This document shows positions 1-9,637 of a stretch of 59,507 nt of DNA, piece by piece; position 1 is the first letter of the stretch; each line of letters starts with the position of its first letter. The notes beneath the pieces were generated by a model. It saw nothing but the letters and a program-made list of their open reading frames with translations, was not told the origin of the DNA and made no database searches. The DNA comes from an uncultured Bdellovibrionales bacterium (GTDB lineage Bacteria > Bdellovibrionota > Bdellovibrionia > Bdellovibrionales > JAMPXM01). Where the stretch lies: assembly GCA_937927435.1 (NCBI GenBank), contig CALBDW010000143.1, forward strand, positions 1-59,507. Direction: 5' to 3'. The translations under genes were made by a program, and so were the position numbers.

Positions 1-2
1 AA

Positions 3-2828
3 GAGATCGGAATGGAGACGTTGGCCCTCATGGATAAGATCCGTGAGTGGAAGCTGCCGGTTCGCAGTCATATGGCCGAGCTTGATCCGGAAACGATCGA
101 GGAGATCAAGACCCGTCTGCGTGAAGAAGCTGAAAAGGCGGAAGCCGGCAAGAAGAAGAAATCCACCCGATCGAAAACCGCTGCCAAGGCGAAGGCCGGT
201 GAAGAAGAAGCCGGTAAGACGACGGTGACGGTCAAGAAAGCGGCCGGCGGCACTGTGAAGAAAACGGTCGTGAAGAAGCCGGCGGCGAAGGTCGTCATCC
301 GCCGCAAGGCCGAGGAAGAAGAGCCCGCGCCCCAGCCTCAGACTCAAGCGGCCGAAACTGAACCGGCTGCCGAAGTCGCCGCGAAAGCGGCCGAAGCCGC
401 CGCGCCTGAGGTCGAAAAAGCCGCTCAGGAAAAGCCTACGGTTCAAGGGGGCACTGAGGTCGCGGCGACGAGTGTGAGTGAAAGCAGTCAGGCTCAGGCC
501 TCGAAAGAAGAACCCGGTCCGGAATCCGTTGCGGCGGCTGGCGCTCAAGTTTCTCCGTCTCAACAAGAAAAAGCGTCTGAAGCCGCCTCGGCTGATGCGG
601 CGGCTACGGGTGCCGCCGAAGCTCAACCGAGCGCTCCGGCTCCAAGCCGTAAGCGTGAAGTCGTTATGACCAGCCAAGGGCCCACGAGCGGTATCAAGTC
701 GGATAGACCTCGCGGGAATATTATCGGCCGCATGGATCTTTCGCGTATTCAACCTCCTCCGGGCGCGCGCCAAGGAGGAATGGGCCCGGGCGGCGGTCCG
801 CGTGGAATGGGACCGCGTCCCTTGCGTACGGGCTTTGTGGCTCCGGCACCGCCGGTCAATATCGAAGACGATTATTCTGAAAAGAACAGAAAGTTCGACG
901 AAAAGCGCATGCGCGCGAAAGGCGGCGGGAGCGGCTATCGCGAAAGGGAAGAGGAAGAACAAACATTTCTGGTTACGGAATTCCGCAAACGGGAAATGGT
1001 GTTCCAGCCCAAAAAGAAAAAGGGCCTGTTGAACCGCGAAGCTTTGCAAACCCAAATCACCACGCCCAAAGCTTCGAAGCGGATTGTGAAAGTCAATCAG
1101 TCGATGAAGCTTTCGGATCTCGCGATGGAACTCGGGGTCAAGGCGGCCCAGCTCACCAAGGTTTTGATGAGCCAAGGTGTGATGGCCACGATGAACACCG
1201 AGCTTGATTTTGAAACGATCGCACTCATTGTTCCTGAGTTTGGTTTCGAAGCGCAAAACGTGCACCGTACAGTGGATCAATTGCTTGAGGCGACCGCATT
1301 CGGCGATTTGAATGCGGAACCCGTGCCGCGTCCTCCGGTGGTCACGATCATGGGACATGTCGACCACGGTAAGACGTCGCTTCTTGATGCCATTCGCAAG
1401 TCGAACGTGGCTCAAGGCGAGGCGGGCGGAATCACTCAGCACATCGGTGCTTATCAAGTAACGACCGAAGATGGTCACGTGATCACGTTCATCGATACTC
1501 CCGGTCACGAGGCCTTTACGGCGATGCGGGCCCGCGGCGCTAATGTCACCGATATCGCGGTGATAGTGGTGGCGGCGGACGACGGCGTGATGCCGCAAAC
1601 GATTGAAGCCGTGAATCACGCGAAAGCGGCGGGTGTGCCGATCATTGTGGCTATTAACAAAATGGATAAGCCGGACGCCAACCCCGATCGCGTCAAGCAG
1701 CAGCTGACTGAGCAAGAACTCGTTCCCGAAGAGTGGGGTGGCGATACGATTTACGTTCCGGTTTCCGCTCACACGAAGCAGGGCTTGCCCGAGCTTCTTG
1801 AGCAAATCTATCTCTTGGCGGAAATTCTGGAGCTTAAGGCCAACCCCAAACGTTCGGCGACGGGTATTGTCATCGAAAGCCGCATGGATAAGGGTCGTGG
1901 TCCCGTGGCGACGCTTCTTGTGCAAGAAGGTACGTTGGAAGTCGGACAATCGATCGTTTGCGGTTCGGTTCCCGGTCGCGTTCGCAGCTTAATGGATCAT
2001 ACCGGAAAGCGAGTCGATAAAGCCGGTCCCAGCACGCCGGTTGAGGTTCTCGGCTTAAGCGATGTTCCGCTCGCGGGCGACCGCTTCGACGTGACCGTCG
2101 ACGAAAAATCCGCGGAGGAGATCGCGGAGGCCCGGAAGGCGTCTCAAGCCGAGGCCGAACGGAAAGGTAAAGTCTCGCTGGAAGACCTTTTCTCGAAGCT
2201 CAAGCAAGGCGACGTGAAAGAGCTTGCGATGGTTCTCAAAGCGGACGTCGCCGGTTCCGTCGAAGCCATCAAGGGTATGCTCGAGAAGCTGGCGACGGAC
2301 GAGGTGCGCGTGAAGCTCATTCACTCCGCTGTCGGCGGTATCAGCGAGTCCGATGTTCTGCTCGCGAGCACGGCGAAAGGGATTGTCGTCGGCTTCAATG
2401 TGCGCCCGGATGGCGGGGCACAGGCGGCGGCGAAACGGCTGGGTGTCGAGATCAAGACGTACACGATCGTTTACGACCTCATGGATGATCTCAAGAAAGC
2501 GCTCTCGGGGCTTCTCGCTCCGGAAGTCGTGGAGAAAGAATTGGGCCGCGCCGAAGTTCGGAACATCTTCAATATTCCGAAAGCGGGCACAATCGCCGGT
2601 TCGTTCGTCACCGATGGCAAGATCACGAGAAATGCCGAAGTCCGTCTCGTGCGCGAAGGCAAGATTATCTATACGGGTAAGATTGCCAGCCTGAAACGGT
2701 TTAAGGACGACGCCAAGGAAGTCGCGCAAGGTTACGAGTGCGGTATCGCGATCGAGAACTTCAACGACATCAAAGTCGGCGACATTATCGAGGCGTTTAC
2801 GAAAGAATCTGTTGTCCGTGAGCTGTAA
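3..2828 (+). CDS. infB: Translation initiation factor IF-2 (5'-partial; frame is open to the window edge)
   Basis: G-domain motifs [17 protein letters not shown]; C-terminal [11 protein letters not shown]...GYECGI; long Ala/Glu/Lys-rich N-terminus. Codons 3-11 (EIG) are in frame upstream of ATG 12, so the true start probably lies before the window. Confidence 0.98.
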   Translation, partial: EIGMETLALMDKIREWKLPVRSHMAELDPETIEEIKTRLREEAEKAEAGKKKKSTRSKTAAKAKAGEEEAGKTTVTVKKAAGGTVKKTVVKKPAAKVVIRRKAEEEEPAPQPQTQAAETEPAAEVAAKAAEAAAPEVEKAAQEKPTVQGGTEVAATSVSESSQAQASKEEPGPESVAAAGAQVSPSQQEKASEAASADAAATGAAEAQPSAPAPSRKREVVMTSQGPTSGIKSDRPRGNIIGRMDLSRIQPPPGARQGGMGPGGGPRGMGPRPLRTGFVAPAPPVNIEDDYSEKNRKFDEKRMRAKGGGSGYREREEEEQTFLVTEFRKREMVFQPKKKKGLLNREALQTQITTPKASKRIVKVNQSMKLSDLAMELGVKAAQLTKVLMSQGVMATMNTELDFETIALIVPEFGFEAQNVHRTVDQLLEATAFGDLNAEPVPRPPVVTIMGHVDHGKTSLLDAIRKSNVAQGEAGGITQHIGAYQVTTEDGHVITFIDTPGHEAFTAMRARGANVTDIAVIVVAADDGVMPQTIEAVNHAKAAGVPIIVAINKMDKPDANPDRVKQQLTEQELVPEEWGGDTIYVPVSAHTKQGLPELLEQIYLLAEILELKANPKRSATGIVIESRMDKGRGPVATLLVQEGTLEVGQSIVCGSVPGRVRSLMDHTGKRVDKAGPSTPVEVLGLSDVPLAGDRFDVTVDEKSAEEIAEARKASQAEAERKGKVSLEDLFSKLKQGDVKELAMVLKADVAGSVEAIKGMLEKLATDEVRVKLIHSAVGGISESDVLLASTAKGIVVGFNVRPDGGAQAAAKRLGVEIKTYTIVYDLMDDLKKALSGLLAPEVVEKELGRAEVRNIFNIPKAGTIAGSFVTDGKITRNAEVRLVREGKIIYTGKIASLKRFKDDAKEVAQGYECGIAIENFNDIKVGDIIEAFTKESVVREL

Positions 2829-2831
2829 GCG

Positions 2832-3272
2832 ATGAGTTCTGGAAGCAAGACCCGTGACTTGGGTCAGAAACGGGGAGGCGGCTTCCGCCTTCTCCGGGTG
2901 GAGCGGGAAATCCGCGATATCGTTGCAGGTTACTTGATCAACGGCTGCCGCGGCGAATTGCCGGGGATCATCTCGGTCTCCCGAGTGGTCGCGAGCAAGG
3001 ATCTCAGGAACGCGAAAGTTCTGATCACGGCTCTGGACCCGAACGTCGATCGCAAGGCGCTTCTTGAGGAGCTCCAGGAGCACGCCCACGAAGTTCAACA
3101 GGTGGTCAATCAGCGTCTGCGGATGAAGTATTGCCCACGGCTCAGCTTCCATTACGACACAGGCATGGAACACGCTTTGAAGGTCGAAAGCATCCTTCGC
3201 GATTTGAGTCTTGAGAGAGCCGCGCGGGAGGTCGAACTGGACGACGGTTCGGATCCCGAGTCGGAGGACTGA
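2832..3272 (+). CDS. rbfA: 30S ribosome-binding factor RbfA
   Basis: Directly after infB; SKDLRNAKV and RLRMKYCPRLSFHYD motifs. Confidence 0.93.
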   Translation: MSSGSKTRDLGQKRGGGFRLLRVEREIRDIVAGYLINGCRGELPGIISVSRVVASKDLRNAKVLITALDPNVDRKALLEELQEHAHEVQQVVNQRLRMKYCPRLSFHYDTGMEHALKVESILRDLSLERAAREVELDDGSDPESED

Positions 3273-3314
3273 TCCTGCGGCCTGGAATCGAATCTTCTTC
3301 GGAGTGATTTGACG

Positions 3315-4256
3315 ATGAATCCCATGAACGGATTGCTTCTCATCGATAAACCGACGGGTTTGACGAGCCATGATGTGGTCGATCGTGTGCGCCGGATTTT
3401 GGGAATCCGCGGGATCGGCCATGCGGGGACACTCGATCCGCTCGCGTCTGGTCTTTTAGTTTTGCTTATCGGCGAGGCGACGAAAATTTCAGATTATCTT
3501 TTGAACGGCGACAAAGGTTATGAGCTGACCATCCGCTTGGGCGTAAAAACCGATTCGATGGACGCGACCGGCCAGGTGATCCGCGAAAGTGCGGTCGATG
3601 TGCCCGAAGAAAAGATCCGCGAGGCGGTGCTGATGGCGCAGGGACGCTTGAAGCTGCAAGTCCCGCTGCATTCGGCGGTGAAAGTCGATGGACGCAAGCT
3701 TTACGAGCTCGCGCATCGGGGGGAGCGCCCGGCGGAGTTGCCCGTCCGCGAGATGAACTTTTACGACCTCGAGATCTTATCGGTCGAAAGCCCGCGTGTG
3801 ATGCTCAAGATGAAGTGCTCAAAGGGCAGCTATGTGCGGGCTTGGGCGGATTTCGTTGGAGACGAGTTGGGCTGCGGTGCCGTGGTTGAATCCTTGCGGC
3901 GCACATATTCCGAGCCCTTCTCGCTCGATCATGCGATCGATCTTGAGCAGTTGGAAAAGCTCTGGAACGAGAAGACGGAGCGCCATGGCCGCGTTCTGGG
4001 CCCGGCGTGGATTCCGCTCAAAGACGCGCTTCCGCATTTCCGGCGGATCGACGTCTCGGGGCAGGACGAACATCTTTTGAAGAACGGACAGATTTCAGGG
4101 GGACTCCGGGCGTTGCTTCTTCAAGGGGTGCGCTTCGGGGAAGCCTTGCCGCCGGTTCGCGTGATTTCGCGCGAAACCGATGATTTGCTCGCTCTTCTGA
4201 TGGCTCCGCAGCCGGGGCAGTTCTATAAGATCAAGCGCGTTTTTCATCGGGCCTGA
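3315..4256 (+). CDS. truB: tRNA pseudouridine(55) synthase TruB
   Basis: IDKPTGLTSHDVV, GHAGTLDPLASG, CSKGSYVR motifs; start could be 3309, 3315 or 3324. Confidence 0.97.
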   Translation: MNPMNGLLLIDKPTGLTSHDVVDRVRRILGIRGIGHAGTLDPLASGLLVLLIGEATKISDYLLNGDKGYELTIRLGVKTDSMDATGQVIRESAVDVPEEKIREAVLMAQGRLKLQVPLHSAVKVDGRKLYELAHRGERPAELPVREMNFYDLEILSVESPRVMLKMKCSKGSYVRAWADFVGDELGCGAVVESLRRTYSEPFSLDHAIDLEQLEKLWNEKTERHGRVLGPAWIPLKDALPHFRRIDVSGQDEHLLKNGQISGGLRALLLQGVRFGEALPPVRVISRETDDLLALLMAPQPGQFYKIKRVFHRA

Positions 4257-4361
4257 TGCTTAAAGTTCGGGCTTTCTGGCAGTCTCGCCCTCCAAATCCA
4301 TTTAAATGGGTCATGGAGGCCAAAAACCTTGAAGTTTAGCGGGCTTGCAGGGATTTGTGCC

Positions 4362-4390
4362 TTGACGTGGGGCTCCGGCTCCGATATTCG
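4362..4390 (+). promoter_or_regulatory. Candidate sigma70 promoter for rpsO
   Basis: TTGACG-N17-TATTCG; good -35, weak -10. Confidence 0.4.
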
Positions 4391-4525
4391 TTCTCCATTC
4401 GGAATTTGAGGTGAATTCGCTCCTATTCTCGATAGCCATAACGGAATGAGGGGCTTTTCACATCCGGATGCGGCGGAGAGCCGCTGTTTTTTAATCGGGG
4501 AAGAACCCCCTAAGGAGGAAAACCC

Positions 4526-4795
4526 ATGGCATTGTTCGGTTACCAGAAAGAACAGATCATCAAGCACTTCCAACGGTCTCCGATGGACACGGGCAGCTCG
4601 GAAGTGCAAATCGCTCTTCTGACCTACCGTATTCGTCAGCTCACGGAGCACTTCAAAGTTCACAAAAAAGACAATCACAGCCGGATGGGCTTGGTGAAGC
4701 TGGTTAACCGCCGTAAAAAGCTCCTCAAATACCTACGTGAGACGAACCCGGAATCGTACACGAAACTGATCGGTGAGCTCGAGCTTCGTAAGTAA
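4526..4795 (+). CDS. rpsO: 30S ribosomal protein S15
   Basis: DTGSSEVQIALLT...HKKDNHSRMGL...RRKKLLKYL; SD AAGGAGG. Confidence 0.99.
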   Translation: MALFGYQKEQIIKHFQRSPMDTGSSEVQIALLTYRIRQLTEHFKVHKKDNHSRMGLVKLVNRRKKLLKYLRETNPESYTKLIGELELRK

Positions 4796-5177
4796 GAAGA
4801 GGATGGCAACCAAAGCGGTGGGCTCCTTCGGCGGAGTCCACCGAGACTGGCGCCGCCTCGAGATCTCCCGGATCTGGTTGGGTTAGGCGCCTTGGGTGTT
4901 CGGGTCGCCTAAGCCTGGTGTGATCCGAATCCCCTAGTAGAATAAAACCAGGCAAACGATGCCCTAAGCGCTTGCCAAACAGCGATCGCTGATGGGGTGA
5001 CTCAAGCGAAGACGTTCTTCAGGGAAGGACGGTTTCGCTGGAGTAATCCCGTCAAGAGCAATTAGGTTGCAAGCGCGAAAGTGGGCGGCATTTGAGTTGA
5101 AGGACAGGCCTGACTCGGACGCGAGTTTTCAGGCTGAGACCCATCGGCAAAGTGCCAAGGAAAGGGAGAGTCTCAAG
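4796..5177 (+). ncRNA. Structured rpsO-pnp intergenic RNA / pnp leader (no family recognised)
   Basis: At least six stems paired by eye, including 4816-4843, 4991-5053, 5108-5134 and 5135-5175. Confidence 0.55.
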
Positions 5178-7274
5178 ATGAAGACCACTGTAAGCGCGAC
5201 CGTCGGCGGAAAGACGATCACAATCGAATCGGGACGTTTGGCGAAACAGGCGGACGGCTCGGTTCTCGTCACCTGTGGAAACAACATGGTTTTGGTGACG
5301 GTTGTCAGTTCGAAGAAAGAATCCTCGGCCGACTTCTTCCCCCTCACTGTTGAATATCAAGAAAAATTCTACGCGACCGGTAAGATCCCCGGCGGCTACT
5401 TCAAGCGCGAAGGCCGTCCGACGAACCACGCGACGTTAGTGGCGCGTCTGATCGACCGTCCGATCCGCCCACTTTTCCCGGAAGGCTACCGGTACGAAAC
5501 GCAGGTTGTGGCGACGACATTAAGCTACGACGGAACGTTCCCGCTTGAGGTTCTTTCGAGCGTGGGCGCTTCGGCCGCAATCCATATCAGTGATATTCCG
5601 TTTAACGGGCCGACGGCGGCTCTTCAAATCGCGCGGGTGAACGGCCAATTTATCGCGAACCCGTCGCAACAGCAGCTCGCCGAGTCCGACATGGACTTCA
5701 TCATTGCTGGAACCCGACACGGCATCATGATGGTCGAAGGAGAAGCAAAGTTCATCTCCGAAGAAGAAGCGCTGGCGGCTCTCAAGTTCGGCCATGAGAC
5801 GATGATGCCGCTCTTCGATATCCAGGAGGAGCTCCGGCAGAAAATGGGTAATAAGTCGAAGCGCGCGTTCACTCCGCCGACCATCGACGAAGCGTTCGAG
5901 CGCGAGGCAACCGAGTTCTTGACTCCGAAAATCAACGCGGCTCTCCGGATCCGTGAGAAACTTGAGCGCTACGCCGCCGTCGACAAAGCGAAGCAAGAGG
6001 CGGAAGAAAAATTCATCGCTCCGATCGATGACAAGGAACGGGCTGAGCAACGCAAGAAAGAGCTCGGCCTGATCGTCGAAAACATTAAGTACAAGGTCGC
6101 GCGTTCGATGATTCTCGACGACAAGGTCCGTATCGACGGACGCGACACGAAGACAATCCGTCCGATTTCTTGCGAAGTCGCACTCCTGCCGCGAGCTCAT
6201 GGTTCGAGCCTCTTCACCCGCGGTGAAACACAGGTTCTCGGCACCGTCACTCTCGGGACCGGCGAAGACGAACAGATGATCGACGCTCTCGGAGGGCTCG
6301 AGAAGAAGAAGTTCCTCTTGCACTATAACTTCCCGCCGTTCTCAGTGGGTGAAACCGGCCGTTTCGGTGGTCAAAGCCGTCGTGAAATCGGTCACGGAAA
6401 CTTGGCTGAGCGCGCGCTCAAAGCCGTCGTTCCGGATTTCGAAAAGTTCCCGTACACGATCCGCGTTGTGAGCGAGGTTCTCGAATCGAACGGTTCGAGT
6501 TCGATGGGTACGGTGTGCGCCGGTACCTTGGCGCTTTTGGACGCCGGCGTTCCGATCAAGGGGAACGTGGCCGGTATCGCCATGGGCCTTATTAAGGAAG
6601 GTGACCGCATCGCCATTCTCTCGGACATCCTCGGGGATGAGGACCACCTCGGAGACATGGACTTCAAAGTCGCCGGAACACGCGACGGTATCACGTCGGT
6701 CCAAATGGACTTGAAGATCGACTCGATCACGCTCGATGTGATGGAGCAAGCGCTGAGACAGGCGAAAGAAGGCCGCCTGCACATCTTGAACGAGATGGAG
6801 AAAGTCATTAAAGTGCCGCGCGGCGAGATCTCGCAATACGCTCCGAGAATCGAAACGATCAAGATCAAGCCCGAAAAAGTGCGTGAGGTCATCGGCGTCG
6901 GCGGCAAGGTCATCAAGGGTATCATCGAAGAGACGGGTGTTAAGATCGACATCGAGGACGACGGTACCGTTCACATCGCGTCTTCGGATCCCGAGATGAC
7001 GAAGAAGGCCATCGAGATGATCAATCAGATCTGCGCGGAAGCCGAAATCGGCCGCACTTACAGAGGCCGTGTGGTCCGCATCATGGACTTCGGCGCGTTC
7101 GTCGAGATCTTCCCGAACACGCAGGGCCTCTTGCACATTTCGGAAATCTCCAACGAACGCGTGCGGTCCGTGACCGATGTTTTGAAAGAGGGCGACCAGA
7201 TCGATGTCAAAGTACTCGATATCGATCGGGCCGGACGTATTAAACTCTCTCGTAAAGCTCTTTTGAACGCTTGA
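5178..7274 (+). CDS. pnp: Polyribonucleotide nucleotidyltransferase (PNPase)
   Basis: GRLAKQADGS, FFPLTVEYQEK, RREIGHG, ESNGSSSM, LGDEDHLGDMDFKVAG, KH and S1 domains. ATG 5178 (MKTTVS) follows SD-like GGAAAGGGAG; the ORF-track start at 5067 lies within the structured leader. Confidence 0.99.
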   Translation: MKTTVSATVGGKTITIESGRLAKQADGSVLVTCGNNMVLVTVVSSKKESSADFFPLTVEYQEKFYATGKIPGGYFKREGRPTNHATLVARLIDRPIRPLFPEGYRYETQVVATTLSYDGTFPLEVLSSVGASAAIHISDIPFNGPTAALQIARVNGQFIANPSQQQLAESDMDFIIAGTRHGIMMVEGEAKFISEEEALAALKFGHETMMPLFDIQEELRQKMGNKSKRAFTPPTIDEAFEREATEFLTPKINAALRIREKLERYAAVDKAKQEAEEKFIAPIDDKERAEQRKKELGLIVENIKYKVARSMILDDKVRIDGRDTKTIRPISCEVALLPRAHGSSLFTRGETQVLGTVTLGTGEDEQMIDALGGLEKKKFLLHYNFPPFSVGETGRFGGQSRREIGHGNLAERALKAVVPDFEKFPYTIRVVSEVLESNGSSSMGTVCAGTLALLDAGVPIKGNVAGIAMGLIKEGDRIAILSDILGDEDHLGDMDFKVAGTRDGITSVQMDLKIDSITLDVMEQALRQAKEGRLHILNEMEKVIKVPRGEISQYAPRIETIKIKPEKVREVIGVGGKVIKGIIEETGVKIDIEDDGTVHIASSDPEMTKKAIEMINQICAEAEIGRTYRGRVVRIMDFGAFVEIFPNTQGLLHISEISNERVRSVTDVLKEGDQIDVKVLDIDRAGRIKLSRKALLNA

Positions 7275-8614
7275 GACGAAAGAGTCGGAAGTCGGTGAAA
7301 ACCAATCGATCCAAGTCGAACGCCCGGGCTTCGGCCTCGGGCGTGAAGGGCGTTCGTTTCAAGAAAACCGTTCTTCCTAACGGGGTGCGTGTTCTCACGG
7401 AGGCGCATCCGGCCAGTCGGGCCGTTGTGTGCGGAATTCTGGTGACGGGCGGCACGCGCGACGAGCGTTCGAACGAGGGCGGGCTCGCTCATTTCGTCGA
7501 ACATCTTGTTTTCAAACGAACCAAGAAACGTACGGCTTACGAAGTCGCGCGCGATATGGAAGCGGTCGGCGGAGACCTCAACGCCTACACGTCACGCGAA
7601 TCCACGATTTACGTCGCGCACGCGCTCAAGGACGATCTTGCGCTTTCAATCGATGTGCTTGCGGATTTGGTCGGTAACCCTGTTTTCGACGCAGGCGATA
7701 TCCGCAAAGAAAAGCAGGTCGTGATCCAAGAGATCCGAATGGCCGAAGACCAGCTGGAAGATTGCATTTTCGACCATTACTTCGAACGGGTTTACCGCGA
7801 TTCGCCCATCGGTCGGCCGATTCTCGGTACGATCGAATCGATTGGCGGGATGAAACGCGAGAAGATCGTCGGTTTCCACCGCAGGCTCTACGTTCCTGAA
7901 AATCTCATCGTGAGCGTGGCTGGCAACGTTGAGCACGAAGTGGTGGTCGATCTCGCTCTCAAGCATCTGAAACTGAAGAGTGGGCGTGGCGGTGAAAAGA
8001 CACAAGACGAAGCGCCGGTGATCCACGCGTTCCGTGATGTCATCAAACGTCCGTCGGAACAGGCACATATACTCGTCGGTCTTCCGTCCGCCGATTTTCG
8101 TTCGCGGTTCCGGGTCGAATCCTATATCGTGAACGCTCTCTTGGGCGGCGGGATGACGTCGAGGCTCTATCAAACCGTGCGGGAAGAGAAAGGCTTGGTG
8201 TATTCCATCTATAGCCAGCTTCTGACCGGACGGGACACGGGACTGAATCTCGTCTACGCGAGTGCGGAGCCCAAGAAAGCGCCTGATGTTCTGGAACTTA
8301 TCTTGAAAGAAGTTCGCCGTATTAAGAAAGAAGGCCTCAAGAAATCGGAACTCGATTTTTTTAAGCGGCAAGTCCGTGGGCAGATCGTGCTGGGCGCAGA
8401 CGATATCGAGAGCCGGATGAATGCACTTGCGGTCAACGAGATGGTTTTGGGACGTTACCGTTCGGTCGATGACATCATTCGCGACGTCGAAAACGTGAGC
8501 TGGGATTCCGTTCATGAATATCTTGGAGAAAACTTCGATTTGGATAAGCTGGGCGTCCTTTTGATGGGCGCATTGCCAGAAGGACCGACGCGTAAGTGGT
8601 TGGAAACCTTGTAA
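7271..8614 (+). CDS. M16 family zinc peptidase (pitrilysin/insulinase-like)
   Basis: Inverted zinc motif HFVEH; LNAYTSRE; LGGGMTSRLYQTVREEKGLVYSI; TTG overlaps the pnp stop (alternative start GTG 7295). Confidence 0.93.
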   Translation: MRRKSRKSVKTNRSKSNARASASGVKGVRFKKTVLPNGVRVLTEAHPASRAVVCGILVTGGTRDERSNEGGLAHFVEHLVFKRTKKRTAYEVARDMEAVGGDLNAYTSRESTIYVAHALKDDLALSIDVLADLVGNPVFDAGDIRKEKQVVIQEIRMAEDQLEDCIFDHYFERVYRDSPIGRPILGTIESIGGMKREKIVGFHRRLYVPENLIVSVAGNVEHEVVVDLALKHLKLKSGRGGEKTQDEAPVIHAFRDVIKRPSEQAHILVGLPSADFRSRFRVESYIVNALLGGGMTSRLYQTVREEKGLVYSIYSQLLTGRDTGLNLVYASAEPKKAPDVLELILKEVRRIKKEGLKKSELDFFKRQVRGQIVLGADDIESRMNALAVNEMVLGRYRSVDDIIRDVENVSWDSVHEYLGENFDLDKLGVLLMGALPEGPTRKWLETL

Positions 8615-8629
8615 AGGAGGATTGCGGCG

Positions 8630-9094
8630 ATGATGAAAGTGGGTGTGAAGATCAAAAAGCTTCCGAATTTCAAAGGCGATCTCCCTGCGTATCAGACGCC
8701 GCTGGCGAGCGGCTTCGATGTGCGCGCTCAGCTTGATGGTCAAACATTGAACCTTGCCCCTGGCGAGCGGGCGTTGGTTCCGACCGGGCTAAGCTTTGAA
8801 ATTCCGTCCGGCTACGAGATTCAAGCGCGCCCTCGCAGCGGTCTGGCCGCCAAACAAGGGCTGACCGTTTTGAACACGCCGGGGACCATCGACGCCGATT
8901 ACCGTGGGGAAGTGAAGATTATCTTGATCAATTTGGGACGTGAGACGGTTCAAATCAAAGATCAGGATAGAATCGCGCAGCTCGTTCTTTGCCCAGTTGT
9001 CCAGGCCGATTTCGAGATTCTCGGAGAGTTGAGTGCCACCGAACGCGGGGACGGAGGTTTTGGAAGCACCGGCGTCTCGGGCGCACCGGCGTAA
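8630..9094 (+). CDS. dut: dUTP diphosphatase (trimeric dUTPase)
   Basis: [34 protein letters not shown] motifs. Confidence 0.98.
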   Translation: MMKVGVKIKKLPNFKGDLPAYQTPLASGFDVRAQLDGQTLNLAPGERALVPTGLSFEIPSGYEIQARPRSGLAAKQGLTVLNTPGTIDADYRGEVKIILINLGRETVQIKDQDRIAQLVLCPVVQADFEILGELSATERGDGGFGSTGVSGAPA

Positions 9095-9103
9095 ATCCCT
9101 TCC

Positions 9104-9637
9104 TTAGGATCGCACGATCTGCACGATCGACCACAAGACGAAAAACACGGCGAAGATCCACGCGAGAAGCTTAAAAACAAAACGGCGGTCGAGCTTGAAC
9201 TGTTCCACGAGTCCGACTGTGAGCAGGATCCCGCTCAGGGCGAAACCGATGAGGTCGAGCGGCGCCAAAAAGCCCGAGAAGGCATGGATGATGAAAAACG
9301 GAAGAGTCGCCATCACGACGAGTGAGTAAAGCCGTCTGATATCGAGAAATGTCGAAGTGAATCCCGCGAAGAGATAGTAGAAGAAGAGGGTCAGGACCGC
9401 GCAGACCATCACCGCCACGACCGGGAAGACTGCAATCGAAATGATGAGATCAAGCATGCTTTGCGCGATCAGCGCGGCGAAAATGCCCGAAAGAGCGGCG
9501 CCGCCTCCTTGGAGCAGGAGCGCGGCAGTCCAGCTCAAGCGGATCGGGTTTTTAACGGCGTTTAAGGGATCGCGGATGAAGCGTTTGAGAAGAGAGGGGA
9601 GATCTCTTACGAGTGTATCGGCGTCATCGATGCGCAT
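9104..9637 (-). CDS. Multi-pass membrane protein, Yip1-like
   Basis: About 5 hydrophobic segments after an N-terminal LKRFIRDPLNAV; SD GAGGAG; Yip1 resemblance is by pattern only. Confidence 0.7.
   Translation of the reverse strand: MRIDDADTLVRDLPSLLKRFIRDPLNAVKNPIRLSWTAALLLQGGGAALSGIFAALIAQSMLDLIISIAVFPVVAVMVCAVLTLFFYYLFAGFTSTFLDIRRLYSLVVMATLPFFIIHAFSGFLAPLDLIGFALSGILLTVGLVEQFKLDRRFVFKLLAWIFAVFFVLWSIVQIVRS

Noticed and set aside
12-960. Long Ala/Glu/Lys/Pro/Gly-rich low-complexity N-terminus of IF-2
   Set aside because: Variable disordered N-terminal extensions are normal for IF-2; no discrete DNA repeat unit seen.
2055-3422. 455-aa antisense ORF over infB/rbfA, and similar long antisense ORFs (for example 7646-8743, 44108-45361, 47491-48609, 48688-49863, 53889-54959, 54972-56099)
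   Set aside because: They mirror highly conserved genes on the opposite strand, show no recognisable motifs, and are expected shadows of biased codon usage in GC-rich DNA.
5067-5177. 37-aa N-terminal extension of PNPase in the ORF track
   Set aside because: Runs through leader stems, has no SD, and homology begins at MKTTVS (5178).
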